This document shows positions 48,335-59,078 of a stretch of 64,000 bases of DNA, in pieces. How positions within the stretch are numbered: the first letter of the stretch is position 1; every line of letters starts with the position of its first letter. Both the position numbers and the translations under genes were made by a program. Source of the stretch: a virus; IMG/VR virus record IMGVR_UViG_3300008954_000005, positions 1-64,000 of that record; one strand, 5' to 3'. The notes under the pieces were generated by a model, which did not search any database, was not told where the DNA came from, and saw nothing but the letters and a program-made list of their open reading frames with translations.

Positions 48335-49126
48335 CTAGGCATCCGTTACGCGGAAGTCGCCAACACGGATAATGCTGCTTCCATACACAAGAAAAATGCC
48401 GAGTTGCCCAGCACCAACATCGGGCGGGTCAGACGTAAGAGTTGCGTTTGCACAAGAAAGTGACGAGTCAGTCCAAGAAATCGAACCAGAGGCCGGATCA
48501 AGACCGGTACCAGCGATCTCACCAATGTGAACCTGAAGGTTGGCACCCTGACCACCCGAAAGGTTGGTCTGAGAAATCAGGTCAGCCTCGGCCCAAGCCG
48601 TCCCAGCGCCCGATTCAACAGCGGCGAAAACCAAGTTGTCGGCGTCGGTGTCGGCATTGATGAGAGCGACTAACTCAGTCGTCGTCGTAGCGTCATCGCT
48701 TTCTTGTACGAGAGCGATGTCCGTACCAGAAGTGGTACAGGCGTCACCACCAGCATCTTCAGTCAGAGTAAGGGTAATATCATTACCACCTGTACCGGGG
48801 CGAAGTGCCGTTACACTGAACGAAGCTGTACCAGCAGCGTTCGAGAACGTCTTGGTTGCCGCTGCCAACTGGGTGGGGTCACCGAGGTCAGCCAGCCAGA
48901 AGTTGTCACCGGTCAAAATGACACTCACGCTGCCCGCGCCGGAACCGTTGTTAGCCGTGATAACACCGGATGCGTTGTACAGAGTTGGTGAACTAGAACC
49001 ACCCTCCATTGCCGCAAAAGCTGTTTCGATATCGGCCCGAAGGTCCGCAATCGCCTCACCGACGATACCATCACGGAATTCCTTGCCCGCGAGGTTCTTG
49101 GTGGGTCCAAAAGAATTACTTGCCAT
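48335..49126 (-). CDS. virion structural protein with sheath-like beta domain
   Basis: VTALRPGTGGNDITLTL...LVALINAD...NLSGG motifs. Confidence 0.6.
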   Translation of the reverse strand: MASNSFGPTKNLAGKEFRDGIVGEAIADLRADIETAFAAMEGGSSSPTLYNASGVITANNGSGAGSVSVILTGDNFWLADLGDPTQLAAATKTFSNAAGTASFSVTALRPGTGGNDITLTLTEDAGGDACTTSGTDIALVQESDDATTTTELVALINADTDADNLVFAAVESGAGTAWAEADLISQTNLSGGQGANLQVHIGEIAGTGLDPASGSISWTDSSLSCANATLTSDPPDVGAGQLGIFLVYGSSIIRVGDFRVTDA

Positions 49127-49156
49127 TGTTCAAATCCTCCTAAGATTCCTAATTGA

Positions 49157-52100
49157 TTACACGTAAATCGTGATTTTGATGTAGTTGGCCGGGTAAAACG
49201 GCACGATTGTTACTTCTGCCTGAATGGTATCAGGGTTCTCCGAGTCCTGGATAAGGGAGTCAAGACTAGCTTCGGCAACAACCGACCCAGTCACACTCGC
49301 CAATGCTCCCTGCATACCCAGGGAAACTGCTTCTAAAAGCTGCTTTGTAATGTTGTTACGTCCAATAAATTTCTTGACCTGTCCACGAAGCAGTTTAGCT
49401 ACGTAGTCTACAGCTTTAAGAATAGACAACTCCCTGGTCTTCAACGAAGAGACGTCTGTGGTCAATTGGTGTCTTGACACACAAGGAGCCCCAGGAACAT
49501 CCTGGATAACCCAATAAATACCGCCAGCGGCTGCAGTAGCCATAGCGTTCTCACTAAACAGATCATTCGAACCAATCGGACGGGTGAACCCAACCATCGG
49601 TAGGTTGGTGAACGGTTGTGACGGATTCTGTTGTCCAATCATCGCAGCAACACCAGCGGCTAGGTAGTAGCCAGGGACCAAAGTCTCTAGACCACCAACA
49701 GAAACCGCACACTGGTCAGGCTGCATCATAATCAGTCGACGATTCTGGAACCCAGTTACGCCGCCAGCGATTTCAGCAAGAGTCTCGCAAGTCTCCAACT
49801 TCCCACCAGTGGACGAGTTGTCCAGAGCGGCCTGTCGAACAAAGACACTACCCGCTTCGGGTACATCTGTGATGTCTTCAGGGGCAGCTTCGTTGTAGTA
49901 GGAATCCTCGTTACCCGATGTTGCAGGGCCGTAGACACCGGCTTGGTAAATATCATCCGTCTCTAGAATGATAGTCGTATCGGTCTCTCCATCGAGAAGA
50001 CCAACGACCAAGTACCGGAAAGCGTCACCCTCACGGTCAAAGTAAACACCGTCAGCAGGGTCAAAGGCTTGCGTCGGATCTAGTCCCTCACCAGCAGCGT
50101 TCGAAATCGAACTATCAGCAAGAGCCAAGAAGACGTTTTTACCGGAGTCTTGGAGAGTGGCCGTGTACTGGGTACCCGACTTGTGCTCGATAACCCAATC
50201 ACCAGAGATGGCTAGACCCGAAGGCTTCTCAGTGGGTAGCTCGGGACAAGTAAGGGCCATACGCTCTTTCTTAGCGGTAGGCGCAGACATGTCCGTTACA
50301 TGCTGATTGAAAACCTTGATGACTTCCATATCGTGGGTGAGGGGCGCAAGTGCGTATACCTCTTTCAACTGTAGGAAATCGAGGGCTTCAGCGTAGGCCT
50401 TGACGGTACCCATCGGGGCATCGTCAGTAGTCGCAGAGATCCCGATAGCCGAAACATTGATATTAGTCGTGTTCAAGAACGCGAGGTACATACCAAAGGC
50501 AAGCGGGTTCGCAGGGTCAATCGGACCAATCGTGGACTCAACCTCAGCAATACTATTAAAGGTTAATAATCCGGGATTGGCTGCTGCACCAGTCACGTCC
50601 TTACGGAGAGCTTTATAATCAACGTAGATGTCAGCGCTTCCGGAAGATGCGATACCAGCGGCGTCGCGGTTCAAACCACCCTTGATTGTGTAAGACTGCT
50701 CAAGATCGTTTCCAGAGCCCTCGGGCTGAATGCTGCGGTCAGTGGCGACCGTATCATCATCAAGACCCTCGGCAGTAAGATACCAAGTACTAAGGTTGTC
50801 CTTGTTATCAACAGTCAGGTCATCAAGAACCAGCATGGCTCCAGTGAACGAAGACGCTGGGGTCGACAAGTTCTCCTGACCAACGACAAGACCTAGAGCG
50901 GTCCCATTGTCATACAGCCGGTCTGCAAGAGCGGTCGAGTTACTAGCACCGTGGAAGATCCGACTCGTATAGCTAGACGCTGCAGCCTTCGCCGCAGACG
51001 CCCAAGCACGCTTGTAGGTAATATCCCAAGTAGTGGAGGTCGTGAATCGGAACACAATGGGCTCAGCGGTCTGGGAGTTTCCAGCATTTTCATCGCCAGA
51101 GAAGCACAGGCTGATTTGTCCCGTTGAGTACGCGATACGGCTCATAGCCTTACCGGTATTTGCGGTTACCCCGCCGTCAAAGCACCAATCAGTGAATGCA
51201 TCTGACGAGGGCGCGTTGACCACATGCGATAGGGAGTTGGAGATGGAGTAGATCTCCATTCCATAATCACCAGCGCCGTTGTCTTTAAGAACCACATCAA
51301 CCGCAACAGACGTTGAGGTGTTCGCCGCATCATCGGTGGCGTCGGTACCAGTATCCGACAACCCGAGCCAAGCAAGTAGCGCAGCATCGGTATCAGCAAG
51401 TACAGCGATTGCGTCACCCACAGCAGGCGCACCGTTGTGGAAGAGAACAATCTCTCCAGCGTGATTACAGGCTTCGACACCCGTTCCATCAAGAGCGCCA
51501 GGGGCATTAAGAATGGTTACACAGTCATCGATGTCGGCCTCGGCACCACCCACAGTTACTGTGAGTTCTGCAGAAGCTGCACCATCTACAGAGATGTAGA
51601 GGGAGTAGGCACCCGCTGCTGGGATGTTGGCAACCGCAGCATCCTCGCAACGAATTGCGGGAACAGCAGTGAGGCTACCAAGCGCGATGGTTTGGCCCCC
51701 AGGCTGAAGCGCCTTCTGCATGACAGAGGTTACCGCTGTGGACCCCATCATGTTGTAGTCGCTAGAATCAAGCTGCGCTCCACGACCATTGGCCATCGAA
51801 GCAGAGCCGGAGTTTACGAGGTCGGTAAGCTGACCAGCACTAAAGGTGCCCGTCTTGTTTCCTTCCAGGGCACCAGACCACAGATTGTAAATAGCAGCCG
51901 CGCTACTCATGCTCATTTCAAGCATGGAGTCAGCGCCATCGTTAGAGTCCGTCTTAATCCGTAGAGGAGCGAAGGTTTCACCAATCTCGTTAGCAAGGTT
52001 GTAGCCAAGAACACTGGCTTCACCATCATCGAGAAGAGCGGTGATTACCGTCGCAGGAACATCTGTTGCCGCGAAGGTATGGGAAACAGCCGTTCCACCA

Positions 52101-53554
52101 TCTACCGCGATAGTGATGCTTTCCCCAGTAAGGTCCAGGTCAGCAGCAGTAGCGGCTCCGATATCGATGGAACCGCAGATGTAAGCGCATCCCTGGTCTT
52201 CCGCAGCTTCTGCATTACCGACCGCTAGTGTCGCATCAGCGTCAGCAGTAAAGTCGACCGGGTCATGCCCACCGCAGAGGTTCCATTGCCCAGCGCCAGC
52301 AGCACTAATCAACCCGCCACCAAGGGCAGCGGCTCCAGTACCATCGAAGTCAAGCACCCGGACAAGAGAAGTATCCGAATCGGATACATCACTTCGGAGG
52401 TATACAGCGATTTCGTCAGAGGCCGCAGCAATCGTTGCTGACGAATCGATAGCAGACGCTAGATCAGCGAAAGTGGTCGTATCTTCCAGCGTAATGGTAA
52501 GTGTCGGGGATGCGTAAACAGCGCTTACCGCGCCTTCAGCAAGAACCACAACAATATCGTTACCCGCATCACCGATGCTTGCAGCAGCGCCCATATCAGA
52601 AGCTACGCCACTATCCTTGTAGGTAGAAAGCCCAAGAGCAACCACCTCAATGTAGTTAGCACCCTGTGGGTCGGGCCACTGTGCCGCACCAAGAAGCTCA
52701 GAAGCATCAGGAGCGATATCATGGCCGAGGGGGATCTTCACAGAAGCTTCCCCACCCATAGCGGCTAATTTATTAGTCTTTAATCCAGACGAGACAATAC
52801 CGAACAACTCACCCTTGGTATCGTGAAGTGCGGGAGAGTGCGACCGTCCAGTTACCTTTTCGGTTCCATCAGATACGTGATAACGCGTAGGCGAGACATG
52901 GTACGCGTTTACGTTGACCGCGCTATCTTCCGAGAACTCCTGCAGCGTTCCACCAAAGTATCGATACAGCTTCGTGTTGGCATCGCTGATGACAATTTCG
53001 TCCACGTCAGCCAGCGGTGAGGGGAAGCTGCTGTAAGGAATGATGTATTCGCTATTGGTGTACTGAGTTTGCCCAGAGACCTTTTGTCCCTCGACAAAAC
53101 CAAGTTCCGTGTAGGCGTCATCAGCAACCGCAACCAGTTCAAGCGACTGGCTAGAGCCGCTGGAATCAGTCTGGATAACAAGTTTCTCATTCACGAACGA
53201 CGCCGTAGCGCCGGAAAGAGCCTTGTTAATCTGGTTCTTAATAAGGTTGTGGTCCAACCCTGAGTTGGACAGGGTGGGAGGGAACGTTACAACTGTCGCC
53301 AAGTTGCCGTTAATCTTGATAGAAATGCTCTTACCCTCGATAGAGACAAGCTCTCCGAGAGCAGCACTGCTACGCAAAATCGCGGCTACATCGACAAGAG
53401 CGTCTGTATCCAGACTCCCTTCACTGTCGATTGGTGAAACAATTTGATAACAAGGCCCAACGAGGCACGGGACCAAGGTGGGGGTAAGGACTGTAGGCGC
53501 ACCGGCAGTGATTTCCTGTGCAATCTCTACGCCTGGACGAGTAAGCGTTGCCAT
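49157..53554 (-). CDS. tail sheath protein (very large, 1465 aa)
   Basis: N-terminal TLTRPGVEI; C-terminal RHQLTTD, ELSILKAVDYV, FIGRNNIT, VPFYPANYIKITIYV. Confidence 0.88.
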   Translation of the reverse strand: MATLTRPGVEIAQEITAGAPTVLTPTLVPCLVGPCYQIVSPIDSEGSLDTDALVDVAAILRSSAALGELVSIEGKSISIKINGNLATVVTFPPTLSNSGLDHNLIKNQINKALSGATASFVNEKLVIQTDSSGSSQSLELVAVADDAYTELGFVEGQKVSGQTQYTNSEYIIPYSSFPSPLADVDEIVISDANTKLYRYFGGTLQEFSEDSAVNVNAYHVSPTRYHVSDGTEKVTGRSHSPALHDTKGELFGIVSSGLKTNKLAAMGGEASVKIPLGHDIAPDASELLGAAQWPDPQGANYIEVVALGLSTYKDSGVASDMGAAASIGDAGNDIVVVLAEGAVSAVYASPTLTITLEDTTTFADLASAIDSSATIAAASDEIAVYLRSDVSDSDTSLVRVLDFDGTGAAALGGGLISAAGAGQWNLCGGHDPVDFTADADATLAVGNAEAAEDQGCAYICGSIDIGAATAADLDLTGESITIAVDGGTAVSHTFAATDVPATVITALLDDGEASVLGYNLANEIGETFAPLRIKTDSNDGADSMLEMSMSSAAAIYNLWSGALEGNKTGTFSAGQLTDLVNSGSASMANGRGAQLDSSDYNMMGSTAVTSVMQKALQPGGQTIALGSLTAVPAIRCEDAAVANIPAAGAYSLYISVDGAASAELTVTVGGAEADIDDCVTILNAPGALDGTGVEACNHAGEIVLFHNGAPAVGDAIAVLADTDAALLAWLGLSDTGTDATDDAANTSTSVAVDVVLKDNGAGDYGMEIYSISNSLSHVVNAPSSDAFTDWCFDGGVTANTGKAMSRIAYSTGQISLCFSGDENAGNSQTAEPIVFRFTTSTTWDITYKRAWASAAKAAASSYTSRIFHGASNSTALADRLYDNGTALGLVVGQENLSTPASSFTGAMLVLDDLTVDNKDNLSTWYLTAEGLDDDTVATDRSIQPEGSGNDLEQSYTIKGGLNRDAAGIASSGSADIYVDYKALRKDVTGAAANPGLLTFNSIAEVESTIGPIDPANPLAFGMYLAFLNTTNINVSAIGISATTDDAPMGTVKAYAEALDFLQLKEVYALAPLTHDMEVIKVFNQHVTDMSAPTAKKERMALTCPELPTEKPSGLAISGDWVIEHKSGTQYTATLQDSGKNVFLALADSSISNAAGEGLDPTQAFDPADGVYFDREGDAFRYLVVGLLDGETDTTIILETDDIYQAGVYGPATSGNEDSYYNEAAPEDITDVPEAGSVFVRQAALDNSSTGGKLETCETLAEIAGGVTGFQNRRLIMMQPDQCAVSVGGLETLVPGYYLAAGVAAMIGQQNPSQPFTNLPMVGFTRPIGSNDLFSENAMATAAAGGIYWVIQDVPGAPCVSRHQLTTDVSSLKTRELSILKAVDYVAKLLRGQVKKFIGRNNITKQLLEAVSLGMQGALASVTGSVVAEASLDSLIQDSENPDTIQAEVTIVPFYPANYIKITIYV

Positions 53555-53578
53555 GTCTTTTTAACTCCTGTCGGTTTG

Positions 53579-54199
53579 CTATTCCAAACCCATATGTAGG
53601 TTAACAGCTTGTACTAATGAGTAGAAGTCCTTCTCCTCAGCGGAGATTACTTCCTGTATGTAGAACGGTATAATCAGTTGGACCATTTTCCACTCTGGGG
53701 TTGATGACCCCGGCACAATCTGCCCTTGTTGGGTTTCCTGCGTCAAAGTAATATTATTACCGATAGCGTGCAATCTTCCTAACCGCATTATTTGCGGTTT
53801 GAATATAGGTATCATGCGAAAAAGGGTGTAAGCTATACTTTGTGCCTCTAAGCCTTCTCTGGCTACCACCGTGATAGTCATAGAAGTTCCCAAAAGATCA
53901 GCAACGATCCTCTTAGGTGATTGAAACACAGGTTGCATAGACTGCCCCAGAGACGTACTTGAATAAGTCGCTGGTCCACGAGCGGTACTAATAATTGGTC
54001 TCTTGTTCGTGTTTTCAACACCGGAGGGATTTTGATCAGTAATTATGATCTCAGTCTCTTCAACATTAGACGACCACTTGTAGTACCCGGAAGGCCTGCT
54101 TCTAAATAACCCTTGAATAAAAATCAACCATGCCCGAGTAGCCACAAGAAGTCTATCTTCTGGCAGGGTAAAGTTGACGTCTGGTGCTACGGCTTCCAT
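53579..54199 (-). CDS. putative tail completion/terminator protein
   Basis: position just upstream of sheath; RPIISTARG motif. Confidence 0.55.
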   Translation of the reverse strand: MEAVAPDVNFTLPEDRLLVATRAWLIFIQGLFRSRPSGYYKWSSNVEETEIIITDQNPSGVENTNKRPIISTARGPATYSSTSLGQSMQPVFQSPKRIVADLLGTSMTITVVAREGLEAQSIAYTLFRMIPIFKPQIMRLGRLHAIGNNITLTQETQQGQIVPGSSTPEWKMVQLIIPFYIQEVISAEEKDFYSLVQAVNLHMGLE

Positions 54200-55096
54200 T
54201 TAATCTCTATTACTGAATATATCAGTCAATACATTAGATAATTTCGCTGATTCCAACGTCTGTGGGTTCGTATAGTTTCTGTCTGGCGAAGCAGACAAGT
54301 CTTTTATCTCATCGTCAGACATATTAATAGGCAGTTTATACTCAATATCCCCTTTTGGGATTCTGTGTAGTGCTGCCTGTTGCCTAACTAATGATCTAGC
54401 TTTTTTGATTTTTGACATTGTGGAAGAAACACGCCAACGAACATTCTCCGCTTCAACCACAACGTCCCCCTCAAATAATTCAGGGTAGTTGCCTAGTTGA
54501 AGGGTTGTGTTCTCGTTTTCCACGTTGCCGAAGTTAGCATGAATGGTCTGTTCATTAGGCGTAACAACTAACCCATAAGCTTCTACGGGGGCGTGGTAGC
54601 CGCCAACCCAGGAACTGTCAAAGCAGACAGCGCACTGTGATCTGAGTTTTCTCTGGGAGACCTTGTCAAAACAAACGCCGCAACGTTGGCCTGTCTTCTT
54701 TTTAGGGAAGATCCAAAGCTTACGCCCAGAGAACTCTTTTAGCTTTAAGTTATTGAGTCGGGCCATCTCTAACGCAGATAAATCAGGCTTAGCAGCTAGC
54801 TTAAAACCGCCTAATTCTGGGTAGGTAAGCGTAGCTCCGGTCTCACGATTACGGACCACTACCCGGTAGTATATTTTGTTGTAATACGAGTGACGGCCAC
54901 GAACAGAGCTATCTCTGAAGTGGTACTTGTCAACCATCGCACTACTTACAGCGACGTACAGACCAAACTCCGTGTCTGCCCTCTCGACGATAAACTCGTA
55001 TCCATTTATATCTTCAAAGGCATCTTCAAGTGTCCAGTAGATATCTAAGTAGTCGATATCAAAACTTTTAACTTGTATGTCTGCCACTTTAATCAA
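54200..55096 (-). CDS. putative neck/head-closure protein
   Basis: FN3-like N-terminus; GQRC..C...C..CF...WVGGY; position. Confidence 0.6.
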   Translation of the reverse strand: MIKVADIQVKSFDIDYLDIYWTLEDAFEDINGYEFIVERADTEFGLYVAVSSAMVDKYHFRDSSVRGRHSYYNKIYYRVVVRNRETGATLTYPELGGFKLAAKPDLSALEMARLNNLKLKEFSGRKLWIFPKKKTGQRCGVCFDKVSQRKLRSQCAVCFDSSWVGGYHAPVEAYGLVVTPNEQTIHANFGNVENENTTLQLGNYPELFEGDVVVEAENVRWRVSSTMSKIKKARSLVRQQAALHRIPKGDIEYKLPINMSDDEIKDLSASPDRNYTNPQTLESAKLSNVLTDIFSNRD

Positions 55097-55107
55097 CGAA
55101 CTAACCC

Positions 55108-55485
55108 TCAGCTTTTAGCTTTTAGCAGTTGTTTCAGCTTTCGTTTACTTTGCGCTTTTGGGGTTTCCCCACCGGTAACCGCTTTAGCCATTGCCTTAGG
55201 TTCCGCAATTTCAGTCTGCTTAGGAACTGCTCTCGCCTTTCCGGCTGTACTTGCGGATTCGGAATGGATTTTTGAGATGCTGGGTGCCTTTTGTGTACGC
55301 CCGCCAAGAGAGGATCTCAATCTAGCAGTCGTCGTCCCCTTGCTCTTTAGGAGGTCTTTTGTTTGGTCCCTGGCAATTGCGCGAGCGGAGGACTCCTTCT
55401 TGAGGGACAAAAAGAACTCAACCCGATCCATGTAACGATCATCGGTACGCTCTGTGTCATTGAGGGCTTCGAATGGATTGTCCAT
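55108..55485 (-). CDS. basic hypothetical virion protein
   Basis: structural operon. Confidence 0.55.
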   Translation of the reverse strand: MDNPFEALNDTERTDDRYMDRVEFFLSLKKESSARAIARDQTKDLLKSKGTTTARLRSSLGGRTQKAPSISKIHSESASTAGKARAVPKQTEIAEPKAMAKAVTGGETPKAQSKRKLKQLLKAKS

Positions 55486-55488
55486 TGT

Positions 55489-55854
55489 TTACTTCCTCCC
55501 CTCACTGTAGAGCGAGCCAGTCATCGTAACGGTCACGGTGACCTCGACCGACGTCCCGGCGTCGTTGTCTGTGATGCCCAACCGAACGCCCCCTTTTGCC
55601 GGGGCTCCAATATCCACGATGTTCACGCCACTAGCGTTTAGCGTCACTTGTGCGGCAGCACCCGTTTCAGTCGTGTACAGGTTACGCCAACCGCTCCCAA
55701 GATTAACCTGGATTGTGAGTCCCGTTACATTAGTGTGGACAGCATCAATAATAAACTTTGTGTAATTGCGGGCGTTAGTAATCTCTAAGTTTGCTTCACC
55801 ATTTACGCATGTATGCGTAAAGGCGATAGACTTAGTGTGTGCGATTTGAGGCAT
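55489..55854 (-). CDS. beta-rich virion protein
   Basis: AGGAG RBS; structural operon. Confidence 0.6.
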   Translation of the reverse strand: MPQIAHTKSIAFTHTCVNGEANLEITNARNYTKFIIDAVHTNVTGLTIQVNLGSGWRNLYTTETGAAAQVTLNASGVNIVDIGAPAKGGVRLGITDNDAGTSVEVTVTVTMTGSLYSEGRK

Positions 55855-55863
55855 AACGTACTC

Positions 55864-56400
55864 CTATAACTCGTCAAAGTAGCCGTTAATCAAAGAGTAC
55901 TCTGAGGCTACGCCTTTTCCGTTCAACGCCGTGCCTAGATTAATAGCCTGCTTAAGACGGAATTTCTTTTGTTCGTAGTTCTGAGCGAACATGTTGATCC
56001 AGTTAGCTAATTGAGGTCCCTTGTCGGACACACTAACAGACACCCCTTGTCCGTCAGAGTACTGCATGTGATTTCTTGTCTGAAGAAGTCCTACAGATTC
56101 CAACACCATGATTATACTCCCCCTAATAAGCAGGGACATAGAGGGAAAATCCTCAATAGTATATGGGGTGATTAACGGAGGGGTGGTATTGAAATCATCA
56201 ATCGCCTCCATAACAGCGAAAGCGATCTCCCTATCCGAAGTTTCGTGCCCCTCAATGAGCCTATTTAGTTCGGGGTAATCACGCATCTTGGCCCGCACCA
56301 GTACGATAGTATCCAAAAGCTTTTTTGGAATGCCCTTCTTAACAGTTGCATCTGCGCCTGTTGTATTGGTGCTGGGCTTTTGTGCGTCATTGCTAGCCAT
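55864..56400 (-). CDS. putative head-tail adaptor (neck) protein
   Basis: VRAKMRDYPELNRL...DFNTTPP...YSDGQGVSV; position after capsid. Confidence 0.6.
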   Translation of the reverse strand: MASNDAQKPSTNTTGADATVKKGIPKKLLDTIVLVRAKMRDYPELNRLIEGHETSDREIAFAVMEAIDDFNTTPPLITPYTIEDFPSMSLLIRGSIIMVLESVGLLQTRNHMQYSDGQGVSVSVSDKGPQLANWINMFAQNYEQKKFRLKQAINLGTALNGKGVASEYSLINGYFDEL

Positions 56401-56659
56401 CAGTCTTCGTACTCTTAGCCTTAGACTTAGAAGAAGCCTTGGCACCCTTTAGGTCTTTCTGTTTAGTTGATGCCCTTGCTCGACGACGAGAAGCTGCCTT
56501 CTTTTTTTCGTCTGGGTGGTCATCTAAAACGACGAGGTCCCCGGAGCTAAGCAGACTACGGTAATCCTTGAGTTGCTCAGCCGTGATGGGCATGACAGCG
56601 CCTTTAGTCAGGTGCTTCCCTAGGATCTTCCAAGTACGCTTTTCGCTTCGAATATACAT
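56393..56659 (-). CDS. basic hypothetical protein
   Basis: coupled to neighbours. Confidence 0.55.
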   Translation of the reverse strand: MYIRSEKRTWKILGKHLTKGAVMPITAEQLKDYRSLLSSGDLVVLDDHPDEKKKAASRRRARASTKQKDLKGAKASSKSKAKSTKTDG

Positions 56660-57177
56660 TACTTGTCCTCAGCCTTTTTGCGCTTCCGACGCCTCGATTG
56701 AACCTTCTTCTTAGGCTTTTCTGCCTTCTTTGGTTCTGGCTCGGGAGCAGGTTCCGGTTCCGGTTCGGGCTCAGGTTCGGGCTCAGGTTCGGGCTCGGGT
56801 TCCGGCTCTGGCTCTGGCTCGGGTGTTGGTTCTTCAGCAGCCGCCTCAACCGGGGCTTCTTCAGCAGCAGCTTCTTCAGGTGCTGCCTCTTGTGCCTCTT
56901 CGGCCGGTGGCTCTACTGGTACGTGGATCTGTTCTGGTTCCCAGTTACTCGCTGCGCCCAGTTTGCGTAGCTCGATAATTCCAGCTTTAGCTAAGGCAGT
57001 GATTTGGGCTTCGTTTCTCTCAAACACTGTGTCGCTGATAGACACAGACTTACCGGCCTTAATGGACCGTTTTCCAATGTGGAGTCGTGCGGAATTTCTA
57101 ACAACGAAGGGGCTCCGATGCCCACGACGATTCGGATCTCTCCGCGTGCCGACCAGACTTTTAATGATGTAGGGCAT
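56659..57177 (-). CDS. hypothetical protein with Pro-Glu repeat
   Basis: AGGAG RBS; (PE)n tract. Confidence 0.65.
   Translation of the reverse strand: MPYIIKSLVGTRRDPNRRGHRSPFVVRNSARLHIGKRSIKAGKSVSISDTVFERNEAQITALAKAGIIELRKLGAASNWEPEQIHVPVEPPAEEAQEAAPEEAAAEEAPVEAAAEEPTPEPEPEPEPEPEPEPEPEPEPEPEPAPEPEPKKAEKPKKKVQSRRRKRKKAEDK
56733..56826 (-). repeat. coding 6-bp microsatellite (PE)n
   Basis: PTPEPEPEPEPEPEPEPEPEPEPEPEPAPEPEP. Confidence 0.9.
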
Positions 57178-57264
57178 CCTATTAGCTCCTAATATGAATA
57201 AATGAAGGGGTGAGACACCCCCCAGCCGAAGCCAGGGGGTGCCCACCAGTACTACTACAAAAGG

Positions 57265-58458
57265 CTAGAAGTTCGAGATGCTGGGGAAGGTTTCGCCTTC
57301 CTCAACAAGGTTGTTCTTCGCACCAAGATCGGCCTCTGCCTTGGGCAGGTATGCGGCCCGTGTGGTCGCATTGTCAGCGGCAGTACCAACGGTCTCGACC
57401 GCACCGGCGTAAAGCTCAAGCTTACGCACACCAGCGACGTTACCAACGTACATACCAATGTCTTCCCATGCCTCAAACGAGACCCGGTTCCGTTCCTTAT
57501 CGGCAAAGAACTTGGTCTTGTTGAGAAGCAGGAAGCCACCCAAGTACTCCGGAGAGCAGAACGCGTAGATGTTACCGGGACGGAGGATGTCCGTCTTCAG
57601 GGTACGCACAAAGCGACGCCCAATGAGCGTCTTGTACTTGAACCCGTCAACGGTCGTCTCACCGACCTTCTCGCCCATATCGCTATGAGCCCACGCGTTG
57701 ATGTCTTCGAAGTCAGTGTCAGTGATCAGGAACTGATCACAACGCAAACGCGAACCACGGTTACCCGTACCAGTGAAAAGCTGGAACAGCTTAATCAGGT
57801 CATCCTTCTGGATGGGGTAGACGAGATCCTCATCAAGGCTGTCCGAAGCGTTAGCTACGGCAGTATTGTTGAGAACATCAACACCCTTGCACTTACCGAC
57901 CTCAGACAGGCTGTTATTCTCGACGTTCCATGCCGAGAAGGCAGCAGCGTCGGCGTAAGCAGCGCCAAAGGTAAGGCTCTGTGCATCCTGCTGGAGTGAC
58001 TGAACAGCCGACTCCATGTGGTTCAGGAACACCCGATCCTCGATCTCCTGGATGTCGTTAACAATGTTACGACGGATGATCTCGGTGATCGGAAGCGTGT
58101 AGGCCATAAGCTCCTGCTCGGTCTGCTCGTAACGGAGCGAACCGACCGTGTGGAACGGAACCTCAAAACGCGGGCCAGTGTAGTACTTCACCGAGGGCTG
58201 GCCTCGGAAAGACATCGACATGGCACGGCTCTGGGGTTCGACCTCTACGATCTTCACCAGGGTGTCGTGGGCAACACTGACCTGAAGGTCAGAGCGAGAA
58301 ACCGACTTCGGGGGGAGGACTTTGCGAGCAAAGCTCTCCTCACGCAGACGATCACGAATGTAATCACCACCTAGGGCAGCAATCTTTTCTTTACCAGCCT
58401 CACTATCGAGTTTCGAAACGAAAAGCTCGTTGAGGACTTCATTAGGTACACTAGACAT
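57265..58458 (-). CDS. major capsid protein (HK97 fold)
   Basis: IRDRLREESFARKVL, DIQEIEDRVFL, FEAWEDIGMYVGN; strong RBS, GC3-rich codons, position after scaffold. Confidence 0.85.
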   Translation of the reverse strand: MSSVPNEVLNELFVSKLDSEAGKEKIAALGGDYIRDRLREESFARKVLPPKSVSRSDLQVSVAHDTLVKIVEVEPQSRAMSMSFRGQPSVKYYTGPRFEVPFHTVGSLRYEQTEQELMAYTLPITEIIRRNIVNDIQEIEDRVFLNHMESAVQSLQQDAQSLTFGAAYADAAAFSAWNVENNSLSEVGKCKGVDVLNNTAVANASDSLDEDLVYPIQKDDLIKLFQLFTGTGNRGSRLRCDQFLITDTDFEDINAWAHSDMGEKVGETTVDGFKYKTLIGRRFVRTLKTDILRPGNIYAFCSPEYLGGFLLLNKTKFFADKERNRVSFEAWEDIGMYVGNVAGVRKLELYAGAVETVGTAADNATTRAAYLPKAEADLGAKNNLVEEGETFPSISNF

Positions 58459-58471
58459 GATTTAGCCCTCC

Positions 58472-59053
58472 TTAAGCTTGAGCGTTGTCTTCGATGATTC
58501 TGGGTTCGGAGTAGAGCATGACCTCAATCTCTCCAGTTCCAGAAGTGGCGGAATCGTTTACGACGCGAACGACGTATCCGACGACCCAGGCAGCTACGCC
58601 ACCCGATTCCTGCACAGGGGCAAGAAACAGGCGGTTAGCCGTACCACGGTGAGCGCCGCTAGGGGCGGCAACGGTAAGTGCGGCTCCGGCCGTGTACCCA
58701 TCAGTCGAAGGCGCATTGCCATCGGTGAGAAAGGTCTTCATCCGGAAACGACCGCCACCGTGCATGATCACCGGGCACTTCTGGTCTCCCAGAGCCTGAC
58801 GATCCGAACGGCGGGCGGAAGCCCACACCATACGCAGTGCGCCACCAAGCTCTCCTAGAGCATTGGAACTCGCTGCGTATGCAGTACAAGTAGCAGCTTC
58901 CGCACCGGGAAGCGCTACAATAAATTGGCCATCTTCGGGCATTTCGGCAAACCCACTAGCATCCATATCCTCAACAAGCATCTTGAGGGTTGACGTGGTG
59001 GGGCTGACGTTCCGCCTTTTGCTGGCCTCCATGACAGTATCATTAAATGCCAT
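58472..59053 (-). CDS. putative head decoration protein
   Basis: immediately upstream of capsid gene; beta-rich. Confidence 0.55.
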   Translation of the reverse strand: MAFNDTVMEASKRRNVSPTTSTLKMLVEDMDASGFAEMPEDGQFIVALPGAEAATCTAYAASSNALGELGGALRMVWASARRSDRQALGDQKCPVIMHGGGRFRMKTFLTDGNAPSTDGYTAGAALTVAAPSGAHRGTANRLFLAPVQESGGVAAWVVGYVVRVVNDSATSGTGEIEVMLYSEPRIIEDNAQA

Positions 59054-59078
59054 TTTGGTTCTCCTACAATTGGTTTAG

